Source: an uncultured Desulfobacteraceae bacterium
GTDB taxonomy: Bacteria > Desulfobacterota > DSM-4660 > Desulfatiglandales > HGW-15
Reading direction: 5' to 3'
Length of the DNA stretch: 64,000 nt
Assembly: GCA_964580575.1 (NCBI GenBank)
Contig: CAZOLJ010000004.1
Span: 30,354-94,353 of the forward strand
Shown one piece after another: positions 24,994 through 34,560 of this stretch (positions within the stretch are counted from its first letter, which is position 1; the number at the start of each line of letters is the position of its first letter). The notes beneath the pieces are model-generated. The model was not told where the DNA came from. It made no database searches and saw nothing but the letters and a program-made list of their open reading frames with translations. Position numbers and translations under genes: made by a program.

Positions 24994-27900
24994 TCAGTTG
25001 GATACTTCCAGATACACAAAAGACTCGTTTCCGAGCTTCTGCATGGTGTTTTCGATCACATTCCGAAAGGCTTCGAGTCGCGTCATCACCCCGGCCACGG
25101 CGCTGTGCTCGTCGAGTTCGAGGATCAGATAAGGTTTCTCCTGCATGATGAACTTGTAAAAGTGTTCGATAAAGGAATCGGCGCCGCAGCTGAAATTGGT
25201 CATGTGGAGCCCGAAGAAATTGGGCCGGCTCCTGATGAATTTGCTAACGCGGAGGACTTGCGCGCCAAGACCCCAGTACATGTTCGGGAAGTCGCTGAGA
25301 TCAATCGACGCGGTGTCGATGAACTCCATGGGCGTGGCCGCGACCCCGATCTTCGCCAGGTTCTGCCCCAGTCTCAAATTCAGCCTTTCGTCGTAAAGAA
25401 GGTAAGGCCTGCCCGTGACCACCACCATGGGCTCTAACGGATCATGGCTTTCCAGAACCGCTTTTCCCTTTCGGATCAGGTCCTGCGTAAACCGGTTCTG
25501 CTTGTCCCAGGCCGACTCCAGGGCCTCCCTGATCTGGCGCCGGCTCCGTCCCAGTTTGTCACCGATCTGCTCCGTCAACTCCAGGGCGAGCGTGGGGAGG
25601 TCATACTTGAGATGGAGTACCGGATTCAGGACTCGCCCCATGTTCAGATCAAGAGCCGCCCTCACCATGTATTGATTCGCTTGCACCAGGGGACAGAAAA
25701 ATCCTGTTTCCTGCTCCCTCGGCGTCGGCATGTTCACGATGCTGGGAAGGAAAAGAAACCGCGTCTTTCCCGCGAGCGCTTTCACGTGGCCGTGGGACAC
25801 CTTGATCGGGTAGCAGGTCTCCGCGGTCATGGATTCAATCCCGGAGCTCGAAATCTGGCTGTTGGTGGAAGGCGTCAGAACCAGACGATACCCGAGCCTG
25901 TCGAAAAAGTGAGCCCACATCACGCCGGTCTGCAGCGTGTACAGGGCTCGCTGCATTCCCACCGTCGGCCGGCCCTCTACCTCCATCAGAGGCTTCTCCT
26001 CGAGCTCCTCGAACACTCCCGATAAGGCACGGGCCCACATCTCCTCGCGGACCTTGAAAAGGTTTTCCTGTTTCTTTCCCTTGCCCCGGATCACCTCATA
26101 CCGGCCGCACTCGCCTCCCCAAACGCTCTTGCGGCCGTCAAAGTCGTAGATCTTGAGCTTGCACTGGTTGTGGCAGTTGGCATCCGCCGTGCAGACCTTC
26201 TCCGCATAGTCCATCTGGTCCTCGATGGCGCTGGCCAGACCTCGGAAAGCGCTCTTTTCTCTTTTCTCCAGGCTGATCTTCTCCTGGAGACACACAGCCG
26301 CCCCAAAGGCGCCGAGCACCTCCCTGTGCTTCGGGACGATCAGCCCCCGGCCCAGCACATCTTCAAAGGCAGCCACCACCCCCTTATTGAGCGACGGCCC
26401 GCCCAGAAACATGACTCTTTCGCCGATCTTCCTCTTTCCCACAACCCGGTTGAGATAGTTGTGCACAATGGCGTAACAGAGGCCTCCGATGAGATCTTCT
26501 CTGTCTACGCCCTTCTGGTGGTAGGACACCAGGTCCGACTCCATGAACACCGTGCAGCGCTCGGCCAGCTTTACGGGCCGGTCAGAGGACAGGGCGATTT
26601 CCTGAAACTCGCCCACGATGTTGATTCCGTGCTTGTTGGCCAGTTCGTGGAGAAAGCTCCCTGTGCCTGCGGCACAGACCTTGTTCATGTCAAAGTCCAG
26701 GGGATTGGCGTTGCTGATGGAGATGTACTTGGAATCCTGCCCCCCGATTTCGAAGATCGTGTCAATGGCGCGATCGATCTCGACAGCGCCCCGGGCATGA
26801 GCCGTGATCTCATCGATGATCAGATCCGCGTTCAGAAAGTCGCCCACCACATTTCTCCCTGAGCCGGTCGTGGCAACGCCCAGGATCTCCACGCGGTCTC
26901 CAAGCCCGTCGGAGATTCTTTTCAGAAGCTTCTGCGTGACTTCAATGGGTTTGCCCTGCGTGTGAACATAGCGCTTGTCGATAATCTGCCGATCTTCCGT
27001 GACCAACGCGTACTTCGTTGTCGTAGAACCGATGTCGATTCCCAGATACACAGGCATTCTTTTGCTGAAGGCCAGCCGGGGCAACTCATTGTCTTCAGGG
27101 AAACGAGTCTCCTTGATCTCGAGCTTCGCCGCAATGGGAAGTTTCTCTTGATCCGCCTCTTCTCCGGCCCTCAGCGCCTCCAGGTTCAGACGATTCTCAA
27201 CCCCCATCTCCAGCGCGTGGAGTGCCACCCCCAGGGCTGCCGCCGAGGTATTGTGGGGCGGCACAAGCAACCCGGGGAAATAGGCCCTGAAGGCCCTCAC
27301 CTGCAGTTCATTGAGCGAAAGGCCTCCGATAAAGAGGATCGGGTTTTCCAGGGTCCGGTTGGAAACGATGGTGCTCATGTAGTTTCTGGCATTCCCCACA
27401 TGAAGGCCGTAGATGATGTCCTGGAGCCTTTCCCCCTTGTTCTGGAGATGAATCATGTCCGACTTGGTGAACACCGTGCACCGGCAGGCCACGTTGGCCG
27501 GTTTGCCGCTCTGGAGGCCCAGGGCGATGAAGTCCGCCAAAATACGGTCGATCTGATTCTGGGAGCCGTCTTTTTCAGAAGAGTAGATGGAGGTGGCCAG
27601 TCTTTGCGCCTGCTGATCAATAAAGGAACCGGTGCCGGACGCACAGGGGCCGTTGGTATTGAAGTATTCGATTTCCCATCCCCTTGAATCGTGATGGATT
27701 TGAAACAGAGCCGTGTCCTGGCCTCCCATGCTGATGATCGTTCTCGCATCCGGTTTCAGGAACAGGGAGCCCAGCACCTGGCTGATGGTCTCAAACTCGT
27801 AGAAGCCTCCCAGCCGTTCGCCGATCTTCTGTCCGTGATTTCCCGTAAACGCAAAGGCCTGTATGCGCTCATGCCCCAGCCTTCCCTGAAGGTCCTGAAT

Positions 27901-28047
27901 CAGGGCTAAGACTTCTTCCGCCACCTTGCCCATGTGACGTTTGTAAGGGGCCTCATAAACGATTTTCTTGTCCTGAGTGATGACGATCGCGTTGAGACTG
28001 ACCGAGCCTGCATCGATTCCCACGTAGTAACTGTCGCTTTGCATCAT
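24994..28047 (-). CDS. double BcrAD/BadFG-type activase ATPase fused to a dehydratase-like (DUF2229-type) domain; PlsA/Ger-like
   Basis: 1017 aa. Two ATPase modules: YYVGIDAGSVS...MGGQDTALF...CASGTGSFIDQQ and VYLGIDIGSTTTKYA...IGGQDSKYI...CAAGTGSFLHEL. These are followed by a ~400-aa non-ATPase domain. Confidence 0.7.
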   Translation of the reverse strand: MMQSDSYYVGIDAGSVSLNAIVITQDKKIVYEAPYKRHMGKVAEEVLALIQDLQGRLGHERIQAFAFTGNHGQKIGERLGGFYEFETISQVLGSLFLKPDARTIISMGGQDTALFQIHHDSRGWEIEYFNTNGPCASGTGSFIDQQAQRLATSIYSSEKDGSQNQIDRILADFIALGLQSGKPANVACRCTVFTKSDMIHLQNKGERLQDIIYGLHVGNARNYMSTIVSNRTLENPILFIGGLSLNELQVRAFRAYFPGLLVPPHNTSAAALGVALHALEMGVENRLNLEALRAGEEADQEKLPIAAKLEIKETRFPEDNELPRLAFSKRMPVYLGIDIGSTTTKYALVTEDRQIIDKRYVHTQGKPIEVTQKLLKRISDGLGDRVEILGVATTGSGRNVVGDFLNADLIIDEITAHARGAVEIDRAIDTIFEIGGQDSKYISISNANPLDFDMNKVCAAGTGSFLHELANKHGINIVGEFQEIALSSDRPVKLAERCTVFMESDLVSYHQKGVDREDLIGGLCYAIVHNYLNRVVGKRKIGERVMFLGGPSLNKGVVAAFEDVLGRGLIVPKHREVLGAFGAAVCLQEKISLEKREKSAFRGLASAIEDQMDYAEKVCTADANCHNQCKLKIYDFDGRKSVWGGECGRYEVIRGKGKKQENLFKVREEMWARALSGVFEELEEKPLMEVEGRPTVGMQRALYTLQTGVMWAHFFDRLGYRLVLTPSTNSQISSSGIESMTAETCYPIKVSHGHVKALAGKTRFLFLPSIVNMPTPREQETGFFCPLVQANQYMVRAALDLNMGRVLNPVLHLKYDLPTLALELTEQIGDKLGRSRRQIREALESAWDKQNRFTQDLIRKGKAVLESHDPLEPMVVVTGRPYLLYDERLNLRLGQNLAKIGVAATPMEFIDTASIDLSDFPNMYWGLGAQVLRVSKFIRSRPNFFGLHMTNFSCGADSFIEHFYKFIMQEKPYLILELDEHSAVAGVMTRLEAFRNVIENTMQKLGNESFVYLEVSN

Positions 28048-28118
28048 TTTTCCTATTCCGCCTCTAAGGACCTGTTAGGAAATAACCTGTACGATCTCGC
28101 TGGGATCTGCATTCATGC

Positions 28119-28199
28119 TGAGGTATCGAAGCATGAGCGGGGCGTTCACCCTTCGATACCCCGTCGCCTCTGGCGCCGCCGAAGGCGGGTAAACCTCAG
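28119..28199. repeat. REP-like nested hairpin
   Basis: ggtatcgaag (28122-28131) pairs perfectly with cttcgatacc (28151-28160). Outer pair ctgagg/cctcag. Contains the tcgaagcatgagcgg and cctcagggcgaacgg strings seen as ...SKHER... / ...LRANG... pseudo-peptides. Confidence 0.5.
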
Positions 28200-28247
28200 G
28201 GCGAACGGTTGCACCATGTGTTCGTCGAGGTGATTCCCCAACAAGCC

Positions 28248-29162
28248 CTACCCCGTGTAGTAATCTTTCCCAATATGGGTCTGTAAGCGAAGTTCTCCGT
28301 TGTGCACCAAAGCCTTCACGGTTTTGTCCACCTCAGAGAGAGGGGCATCCAGCGCCCCTGCCACATCTTCGACCGTGACCGGCCTCCGCCTCGCCATTTC
28401 GAGGACCGCAGCCGATAGGGTCCCCTGAAAGTGCTGCTTTTCCTTTATCGGTGCCGTGGCGATGATTTCCGCACATTCACCGAAAACTCTCTTTATATAC
28501 TCAAGTTTTTTTCTGTCAAGGGGGATGGCCTTTGCATTTGCCGGCGGCCTGACCACCGTGTTCAAATGGACTCTGTCCGGAGCGATCTCCAGAACCCCTT
28601 GTCTCAGCGCTTCGATTTCTTCATCCCTGTCATTGAACCCGGCCAGGAGCATGACCTCAATGAAGAGCTGTCCCCTGAAGGTTTTTCTCAGGCTTTTCAA
28701 ACCAGAAAGGAGGCTAGCGACATTCAGCTTGTCGTGGGGTTGATGGATTGCACGATAAGTCTCCTCCCGCACTGTGGAGAGAGTGGGCATGACCATGTCC
28801 GCTTTCAGCAGCCCTTCCCTGACCTCGGGCCGGTACAAAAGCGATCCATTGGTCAGCACGGCCACCTTCGCTGCGGTCCTTTCTTTGACATAGGCGATGA
28901 GCTGACCGAGGCCAACGTGAAGAGTCGGCTCACCCGAGCCTGAGAAGGTCACGTAATCCGGCTGTACCTTGGCCAGGGTTTCATCCAGTTCAGCAATGAC
29001 TGCCTCCACGGGCACATAAGCGGATGGCTCGATCTCCTTGCATGTCGTCTTTCCGATCTGGCAATACAGGCAGTCATAGGAACAGGTCTTGGGAGGGATC
29101 AAATCGACCCCTAAAGAAAGCCCTAATCGCCTGGACGGCACGGGGCCGAAAAGGTACTTCAC
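28248..29162 (-). CDS. radical SAM protein (NifB/MoaA-related small family) with C-terminal wHTH-like tail
   Basis: 304 aa. GPVPSRRLGLSLGVDLIPPKTCSYDCLYCQ gives the CX3CX2C cluster motif. Confidence 0.85.
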   Translation of the reverse strand: MKYLFGPVPSRRLGLSLGVDLIPPKTCSYDCLYCQIGKTTCKEIEPSAYVPVEAVIAELDETLAKVQPDYVTFSGSGEPTLHVGLGQLIAYVKERTAAKVAVLTNGSLLYRPEVREGLLKADMVMPTLSTVREETYRAIHQPHDKLNVASLLSGLKSLRKTFRGQLFIEVMLLAGFNDRDEEIEALRQGVLEIAPDRVHLNTVVRPPANAKAIPLDRKKLEYIKRVFGECAEIIATAPIKEKQHFQGTLSAAVLEMARRRPVTVEDVAGALDAPLSEVDKTVKALVHNGELRLQTHIGKDYYTG

Positions 29163-29209
29163 GAAACACGCTCCTCGATCGTTAGGCTAGTGATTGAATA
29201 TATACACGC

Positions 29210-29390
29210 TACCAGTGGGTTACCAGTAGTCCATTGTCCGTGGTCCATTGTCCGTTGACCGGAGTCCGTGGCGACCGCCGACGGCTGACCGCTGAGTAGG
29301 GTATTTTCTTCCTGTCACTTGTCTCTTGTTCCTTATCACTGGTTTTCCCAACTTGAGGCATTTTAGGCACTTTAGTTCGCTTTAGGCATT
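29210..29390. repeat. mosaic of several different short tandem words
   Basis: 2x TACCAGTRG, 2x TCCATTGTCCGT (period 13), tcacttgtc/tcttgttcc/ttatcact, and 3x TTAGGCAYTT-like (period 10). Lies between the polA stop and the radical SAM start. Confidence 0.7.
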
Positions 29391-29394
29391 TCTT

Positions 29395-32079
29395 CTAATG
29401 CGCTTCCTCCCAGTTCCTCCCTGTCTTCATGTCCACCTTGAGAGGCACATCCAGACGGTGAACGCCTTCCATTTCTTCCTTGACGAGGGCACTGACTTGA
29501 GGAAGTTCCTCTTCCAAAACCTTGAACAGAAGTTCGTCATGGACCTGGACAAGGAGCCGGGACTTGAGTTTTTCTTCGCTCAGCCTTTCATGAATGCGGA
29601 TCATCGCCTTTTTGATCAGATCCGCTGCAGTTCCCTGGATGGGCGTGTTAATGGCCATGCGCTCCGACTCAGCCCGGATCATCCTGTTTTTGTGCTCGAT
29701 ATCCGGCAGATATCGTCTGCGCAGGAAGAGGGTCGTCACATACCCTTTTTCTCTTGCAGAAGCGACAGCCGCCTCTCTGTAGCGAACGACCCCCTGATAC
29801 CGGCTGTAGTACGCAGCGATGTAGTCTTTCGCCGTTGACAGGTCGATGCCCAGCTGCTCGCTCAAGGTCTGAGGTCCCATCCCGTAGATGATGCCGAAAT
29901 TGATGGCCTTGGCGATTCGCCTCATGTCAGGGGTGACGCGGTCTCTTTCAACGCCTAGGACTTCAGAAGCCGTTCTGGCGTGGATGTCCTCCTCCTGCCT
30001 GAAGGCCTCCATGAACGCAGGATCCCCTGAATAGTGGGCAAAGACCCTCAACTCGATCTGACTGTAGTCGGCGGACAAAAACACGTATCCTTCATCTGCA
30101 ACGAACCCCTTGCGAATCTCTCTCCCCTCTTCCCCTCGGCTGGGAATGTTCTGAAGGTTCGGATTGCTGCTGCTCAGGCGGCCTGTGGCGGTCACCGCCT
30201 GATTGAAGGAGGTGTGTATTCTTCCCGTCACAGGGTGGACCAGATCGATCAAGGCATCAAGGTAAGTGGATTTCAGCTTGGACAGGGTTCTGTACCTGAG
30301 AAGGAGGCCGGGCATCTTGTAGGGAAGGGAGGCCAGTCTGGTGAGAACCTTCACATCCGTGGAATACGCTTTCGTCTTGCCGGTTTTCTTCTGCGAAGGA
30401 AGCCCCATTTTCTCAAAAAGCACGACCCCAAGCTGTTGAGGGGAGTTGATGTTGAATTCCATCCCCGCCTCTTCATAGATCTGCCCTTCGATGCTTTGGA
30501 GCTCCTCTCCGTATTTCCGAGACTGGGCCTTGAAAAAAGGGACGTCGATTCGAATCCCTTCCCACTCCATGTCCATCAGAACCGGGACCAGCCGCATTTC
30601 AAGATTGTAAAAGAGGTCGTCGTTCTTGTCGGTGACGAGTTTTTCTTCCATGAGGCTCTTTAGCCTCAAGGCGATCTCCGCTCTCTCGCAGGAATAGCTT
30701 CTGGCCCTCGTCACATCCACTGCGGAAAAAGCCTCCGGTCCCTTGCTCTTTCCGACAACCTCCTCGTAAGACTGAACCTTAGCGCCGAGGTGTTGTTGAG
30801 CCAGGAGGCCCAGCTCGTGTTGTTTGAGCCCCGGATTAAGGACATAAGAGGCGATCATGGTGTCGAAATGAATTCCCTTGAGAAAGATCCCGTGACGACG
30901 CAGCGTCAGAGCATGGGCTTTGATGTTCTGTCCCACTTTCGCAATGGAGTTCTCCTCCATAACCGTCTTCAGAGTTCCCACCGTCTGGGAGAACTCCAGG
31001 TGGCGGGGGACTCCCGGATAAGAGTGACGCAAGGGCACATAGGCCGCCTTGCCTTCCTCCCAGGAAAGGGACAGGCCCACCACTTCCGACCTCAAAGGGT
31101 CCTCAGCAGAGGTTTCCAAGCGCAAAGAAACCAGCTTGTGCCTCCTAATCCGGTCCATCACGGCATGAAGATTTTCTTCAGAAAGGCACAGGCTGAAATC
31201 CTTCTCTCCCGTAGGCTCTTGCGGGGCAAACCGGTCCCACAGATCCCTGAATTCCAGCTCACGAAAAATGTCGCCGAGCTTCTTCCGATCCGGGGGACCG
31301 ACCCTGAGGTCTTCAGGTCTCCGGTCCAGGGGAACGTGCAGATCCAAGGTCACCAGCTTCTTGCTCAGGAGAGCGTCCTCCCGCGCCTGGGCCAGGTTTT
31401 CCTTGAGTTTGGCTTTCTTGATGTGTTGACTGTTTTCGAGAACCTTTTCCAGCGTTCCAAATTGCTTCACAAGATCGATCGCTGTTTTCTCGCCCACGCC
31501 CGGGACTCCCGGGATGTTGTCCGAGCTGTCCCCTGAGAGTCCCATGACATCGATCATCTGCTCGGGTTCGAGCCCGTACTCCGACCTGAAGGTTTCGTAA
31601 TTTGTCACCTTGTCCTTCATGGTATCCCAGAGTGCCACCGAGGGAGAGAGGATCTGCCTGAAATCCTTGTCCCCGGTCACAACAATGATTCTGTAACCCT
31701 GCTCCTCCCCCAGTCTCGCAAGAGTGCCGATGATGTCGTCCGCCTCATAGCCTTCTTTTTCCATCATGGCCAGGCCAAGCCCTTGCACGACAGCCCTGAT
31801 GTATGGGAACTGAGCCACCAGGTCCTCGGGCGCAGGCGGTCTCGTTGCTTTGTACCGGTCGCAGAGCGCATGCCTGAAGGTGGGGCCTTTTGCGTCAAAC
31901 ACCACGGCGATGTGAGAAGGCTTTTTATCCCCCAGGAGTTTGAGGAGCATTCGGGAGAACCCAAAGATCGCATTCGTCGGAAGGCCCTTGGAGTTCGAGA
32001 GGTTCCTCACCGCATGAAAGGCTCGATGGATGTAGGAACTCCCATCCACCAGATAAAGAACTTTTTCTTCTTGGGCCAT
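29395..32079 (-). CDS. polA: DNA polymerase I
   Basis: 894 aa. 5'-nuclease N-terminus (LYLVDGSSYIHRAFHA), 3'-5' exo region and Pol A motifs (DYSQIELRV, QVHDELLF). Confidence 0.97.
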   Translation of the reverse strand: MAQEEKVLYLVDGSSYIHRAFHAVRNLSNSKGLPTNAIFGFSRMLLKLLGDKKPSHIAVVFDAKGPTFRHALCDRYKATRPPAPEDLVAQFPYIRAVVQGLGLAMMEKEGYEADDIIGTLARLGEEQGYRIIVVTGDKDFRQILSPSVALWDTMKDKVTNYETFRSEYGLEPEQMIDVMGLSGDSSDNIPGVPGVGEKTAIDLVKQFGTLEKVLENSQHIKKAKLKENLAQAREDALLSKKLVTLDLHVPLDRRPEDLRVGPPDRKKLGDIFRELEFRDLWDRFAPQEPTGEKDFSLCLSEENLHAVMDRIRRHKLVSLRLETSAEDPLRSEVVGLSLSWEEGKAAYVPLRHSYPGVPRHLEFSQTVGTLKTVMEENSIAKVGQNIKAHALTLRRHGIFLKGIHFDTMIASYVLNPGLKQHELGLLAQQHLGAKVQSYEEVVGKSKGPEAFSAVDVTRARSYSCERAEIALRLKSLMEEKLVTDKNDDLFYNLEMRLVPVLMDMEWEGIRIDVPFFKAQSRKYGEELQSIEGQIYEEAGMEFNINSPQQLGVVLFEKMGLPSQKKTGKTKAYSTDVKVLTRLASLPYKMPGLLLRYRTLSKLKSTYLDALIDLVHPVTGRIHTSFNQAVTATGRLSSSNPNLQNIPSRGEEGREIRKGFVADEGYVFLSADYSQIELRVFAHYSGDPAFMEAFRQEEDIHARTASEVLGVERDRVTPDMRRIAKAINFGIIYGMGPQTLSEQLGIDLSTAKDYIAAYYSRYQGVVRYREAAVASAREKGYVTTLFLRRRYLPDIEHKNRMIRAESERMAINTPIQGTAADLIKKAMIRIHERLSEEKLKSRLLVQVHDELLFKVLEEELPQVSALVKEEMEGVHRLDVPLKVDMKTGRNWEEAH

Positions 32080-32188
32080 GAGTCCTTAAACCTCTTGGGT
32101 CATGAAAGAGAAAAGATAAACAGGCAGGTTTGTTCGGGCAGTAAAGTCATTGCCGGCCGGATCCGAGGGTTCCTTGGCAGGATCTCTC

Positions 32189-32557
32189 TTAAATGACTTG
32201 ACCCTCGCTCAGGAAGTCCGCCAGATCCCGAGCCACTTCACGAAAGGCCAGCTTGGGCAGAGGGGGTGCGGCCCATCTGGGTTTCAATTCAGGAAGGACC
32301 GATCTCTTGCCCTTGGACCCTCTTTTGCCGACAGTCGCCGGGCATGTGCTGGAGGTGAATCCGATCCTTGCCCCCTCTTGATCATAAAGGATGTCATCGA
32401 TAAACCAGCCAAGGTGCCGACCGTTGATGCCGTAGACGTGATCCTCTTCATAGAGGTAAGCCACTGCTTGGCCGTCCCAGAGAAAGATGGCCTCATGATA
32501 GTCCATGGCAATGTAGGCCACCGGTTCCCCTTTTTTATCGTAGAGAGTCTTTTCCAT
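32189..32557 (-). CDS. small hypothetical protein with four internal beta-hairpin-like repeats (possibly a '4-fold beta flower' type)
   Basis: From ATG 32557: MEKTLYDKKGEPVAYI...IFLWDGQAVAYL...VYGINGRHLGWF...LYDQEGARIGFT. The longer track ORF (to 32674) would overlap the rny 3' end. Confidence 0.5.
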   Translation of the reverse strand: MEKTLYDKKGEPVAYIAMDYHEAIFLWDGQAVAYLYEEDHVYGINGRHLGWFIDDILYDQEGARIGFTSSTCPATVGKRGSKGKRSVLPELKPRWAAPPLPKLAFREVARDLADFLSEGQVI

Positions 32558-32663
32558 GTGACGAACGCTCTCATGAAGCTCCTGCCCTGAATCACACGGT
32601 TCAAGAACTTCGGAGCAACGGTAGTTTACCAGGGATTGAGAGGCAAAACAATTGAAAACTCGC

Positions 32664-34226
32664 TCACCTCGCATACTCCACGGCCCGGGTCTCCCGGATC
32701 ACCGTGACCTTGATCTGGCCGGGATAGGTCAACTCCTTTTCGATTTTCTTTGCAATGTCTCGGCACAGAAGGAAGGATTGATCATCCCCTACGATTTTCC
32801 CCTCCACCATGATTCGGATTTCACGGCCGGCCTGGATGGCATAGGATTTGGTCACTCCCGCAAAAGAGGTGGCAATCTTTTCCAGATCATCCAGCCGCTT
32901 CACATAGGATTCCAGCATCTCCTGCCGCGCGCCCGGCCTTGCCCCGGACAGCGTGTCCGCTGCCTGAACCAGGACCGCCAAAACAGACTCCGGCGCCGCT
33001 TCTTCGTGATGGGCCGCAATCGCATGAATCACCTGGGGAGACTCGTTATACTTCTTTGCCAACTCCGCACCGATCAGGGCGTGAGGGCCTTCGACTTCAT
33101 GGTCCACGGCCTTTCCGATATCGTGAAGCAGACCCGCCCGTTTGGCCTGCTTGACATTCAGGCCCAGTTCAGAGGCCATGACCCCGCAGAGGAATCCCAC
33201 CTCCATGGAATGGAGAAACACGTTTTGGGCAAAACTGGTTCGGTACTTGAGTCGGCCCACCAGCTTGATGATTTCCGGGTCCATCCCGTGGACTCCCAGG
33301 TCAAAGGCGGCCTGCTCGCCCGCTTCCTTGATGCCCGCCTCGATCTCCTTGTTCACCTTGTCCACCATTTCCTCGATGCGCGCAGGGTGGATTCTGCCGT
33401 CATCGATCAATCGCTCCAGCGCGATTTTCGCCACTTCGCGGCGCACCGGGTTAAAACCCGAAAGAATCACCGCTTCCGGCGTATCGTCGATGATCACATC
33501 GATCCCCGTGGCTGCCTCAATGGCGCGAATGTTCCGCCCTTCTCTTCCGATAATCCGACCCTTCATTTCCTCGTTGGGCAGGCTCACCACAGACACTGTT
33601 TTCTCCGCCACGTAATCGCCTGCGTACCTTTTGATGGCCAACCCAAGGATTTCCTGCGCCTTTCGCTGGGCGGCCTCCCTGGTTTCATTCTCGATCCTGC
33701 GCATGAGCTTGGCCGCATCCCCTTTTGCCTCCTCTTCCAGAGAGCTGATGAGCAACGCTTTGGCTTCTTCGCTGGAGAGCCCTGCCACTCTTTCGAGCTC
33801 TTTCCTATGGGTGGTGCCCATTTCCTCAAGCTGGGCCTGTTTGGCTTTCATGTCCGCTTCAATGGCTTCGATGTCCTTTTCTTTTCTGGCGAGCTTCTTC
33901 TCCTTTTGTTCGTACTGCTCGATTTTCTTGTCCAGGTTTTCTTCCTTGTGAAAGAGCCGTTTCTCCTGGACGGCCATTTGTTCCTTTTTCTCTTTCGTCT
34001 CCCTGTCAAACTCCAGTTTCGCCTGGTAGAGAGTGTCCTTGGCTCTGATAGCCGCATCCTTCTTCAGAGCTTTGGCTCTCTTATGGGCCTCATTGATGAT
34101 CTTCTTGGAATAGTTCCTGATCGAGTCATACTGTCTTTCCACCACCCTCTTTCGGGTCCAGAATCCGAAAAGCAGACCCAAAAGAATCCCCACCACAAAA
34201 ATCCCTGTGATCTGAATCCACGACAT
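32664..34226 (-). CDS. rny: ribonuclease Y
   Basis: 520 aa. N-terminal TM helix, long coiled coil, KH domain ([15 protein letters not shown]), HD domain ([12 protein letters not shown]). Confidence 0.95.
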   Translation of the reverse strand: MSWIQITGIFVVGILLGLLFGFWTRKRVVERQYDSIRNYSKKIINEAHKRAKALKKDAAIRAKDTLYQAKLEFDRETKEKKEQMAVQEKRLFHKEENLDKKIEQYEQKEKKLARKEKDIEAIEADMKAKQAQLEEMGTTHRKELERVAGLSSEEAKALLISSLEEEAKGDAAKLMRRIENETREAAQRKAQEILGLAIKRYAGDYVAEKTVSVVSLPNEEMKGRIIGREGRNIRAIEAATGIDVIIDDTPEAVILSGFNPVRREVAKIALERLIDDGRIHPARIEEMVDKVNKEIEAGIKEAGEQAAFDLGVHGMDPEIIKLVGRLKYRTSFAQNVFLHSMEVGFLCGVMASELGLNVKQAKRAGLLHDIGKAVDHEVEGPHALIGAELAKKYNESPQVIHAIAAHHEEAAPESVLAVLVQAADTLSGARPGARQEMLESYVKRLDDLEKIATSFAGVTKSYAIQAGREIRIMVEGKIVGDDQSFLLCRDIAKKIEKELTYPGQIKVTVIRETRAVEYAR

Positions 34227-34328
34227 ATTCGACGATCCTCTTTATATATTGAGATCAGCAACCCCTGCTCCGGGCGGTAAAGGCGGAGCGGTCTGCTGGA
34301 TAAAACCTGCACTCAGGGCAGTCCTTGG

Positions 34329-34560
34329 AGGAACGGCTAAGAGAGGAAAAAGACTCAGGAGGGTAATAAAGCGACTGGGGGAAACAGCGAGAGGTCAAAA
34401 TCCCTTGGCCTCAGGGTCAAGAGATTCCAAACACACAGCCTTATATCGTCAATGCGTCTAGCATCAAGCATGTTGGCATGTTCTGAACGATATGTAAAAA
34501 GGCTCGTTTCCATCGTGCCTTACGAGTCCACCTGTTCTTTTCTGACCGCTTCCATTCCTC
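34329..34560 (-). ncRNA. candidate structured RNA (6S RNA-like or rny leader) in the zapA-rny gap
   Basis: On the minus strand, GAGGAAUGG...AGAAAAGAACAGG (from 34560) can pair with CCUGAGUCUUUUUCC...CCGUUCCUC (to 34329). That gives an irregular stem of roughly 20 bp enclosing ~170 nt, including an 8-bp inner hairpin (AUAUCGUU/UGACGAUAU). No ORF here. The topology is asymmetric, so 6S assignment is weak. Confidence 0.25.

Noticed and set aside
23940-25437. 402-aa and 204-aa + strand ORFs
   Set aside because: Antisense to the PlsR-like and PlsA-like genes.
32652-34280. 542-aa + strand ORF
   Set aside because: Antisense to rny (KH and HD domains evident on the minus strand).
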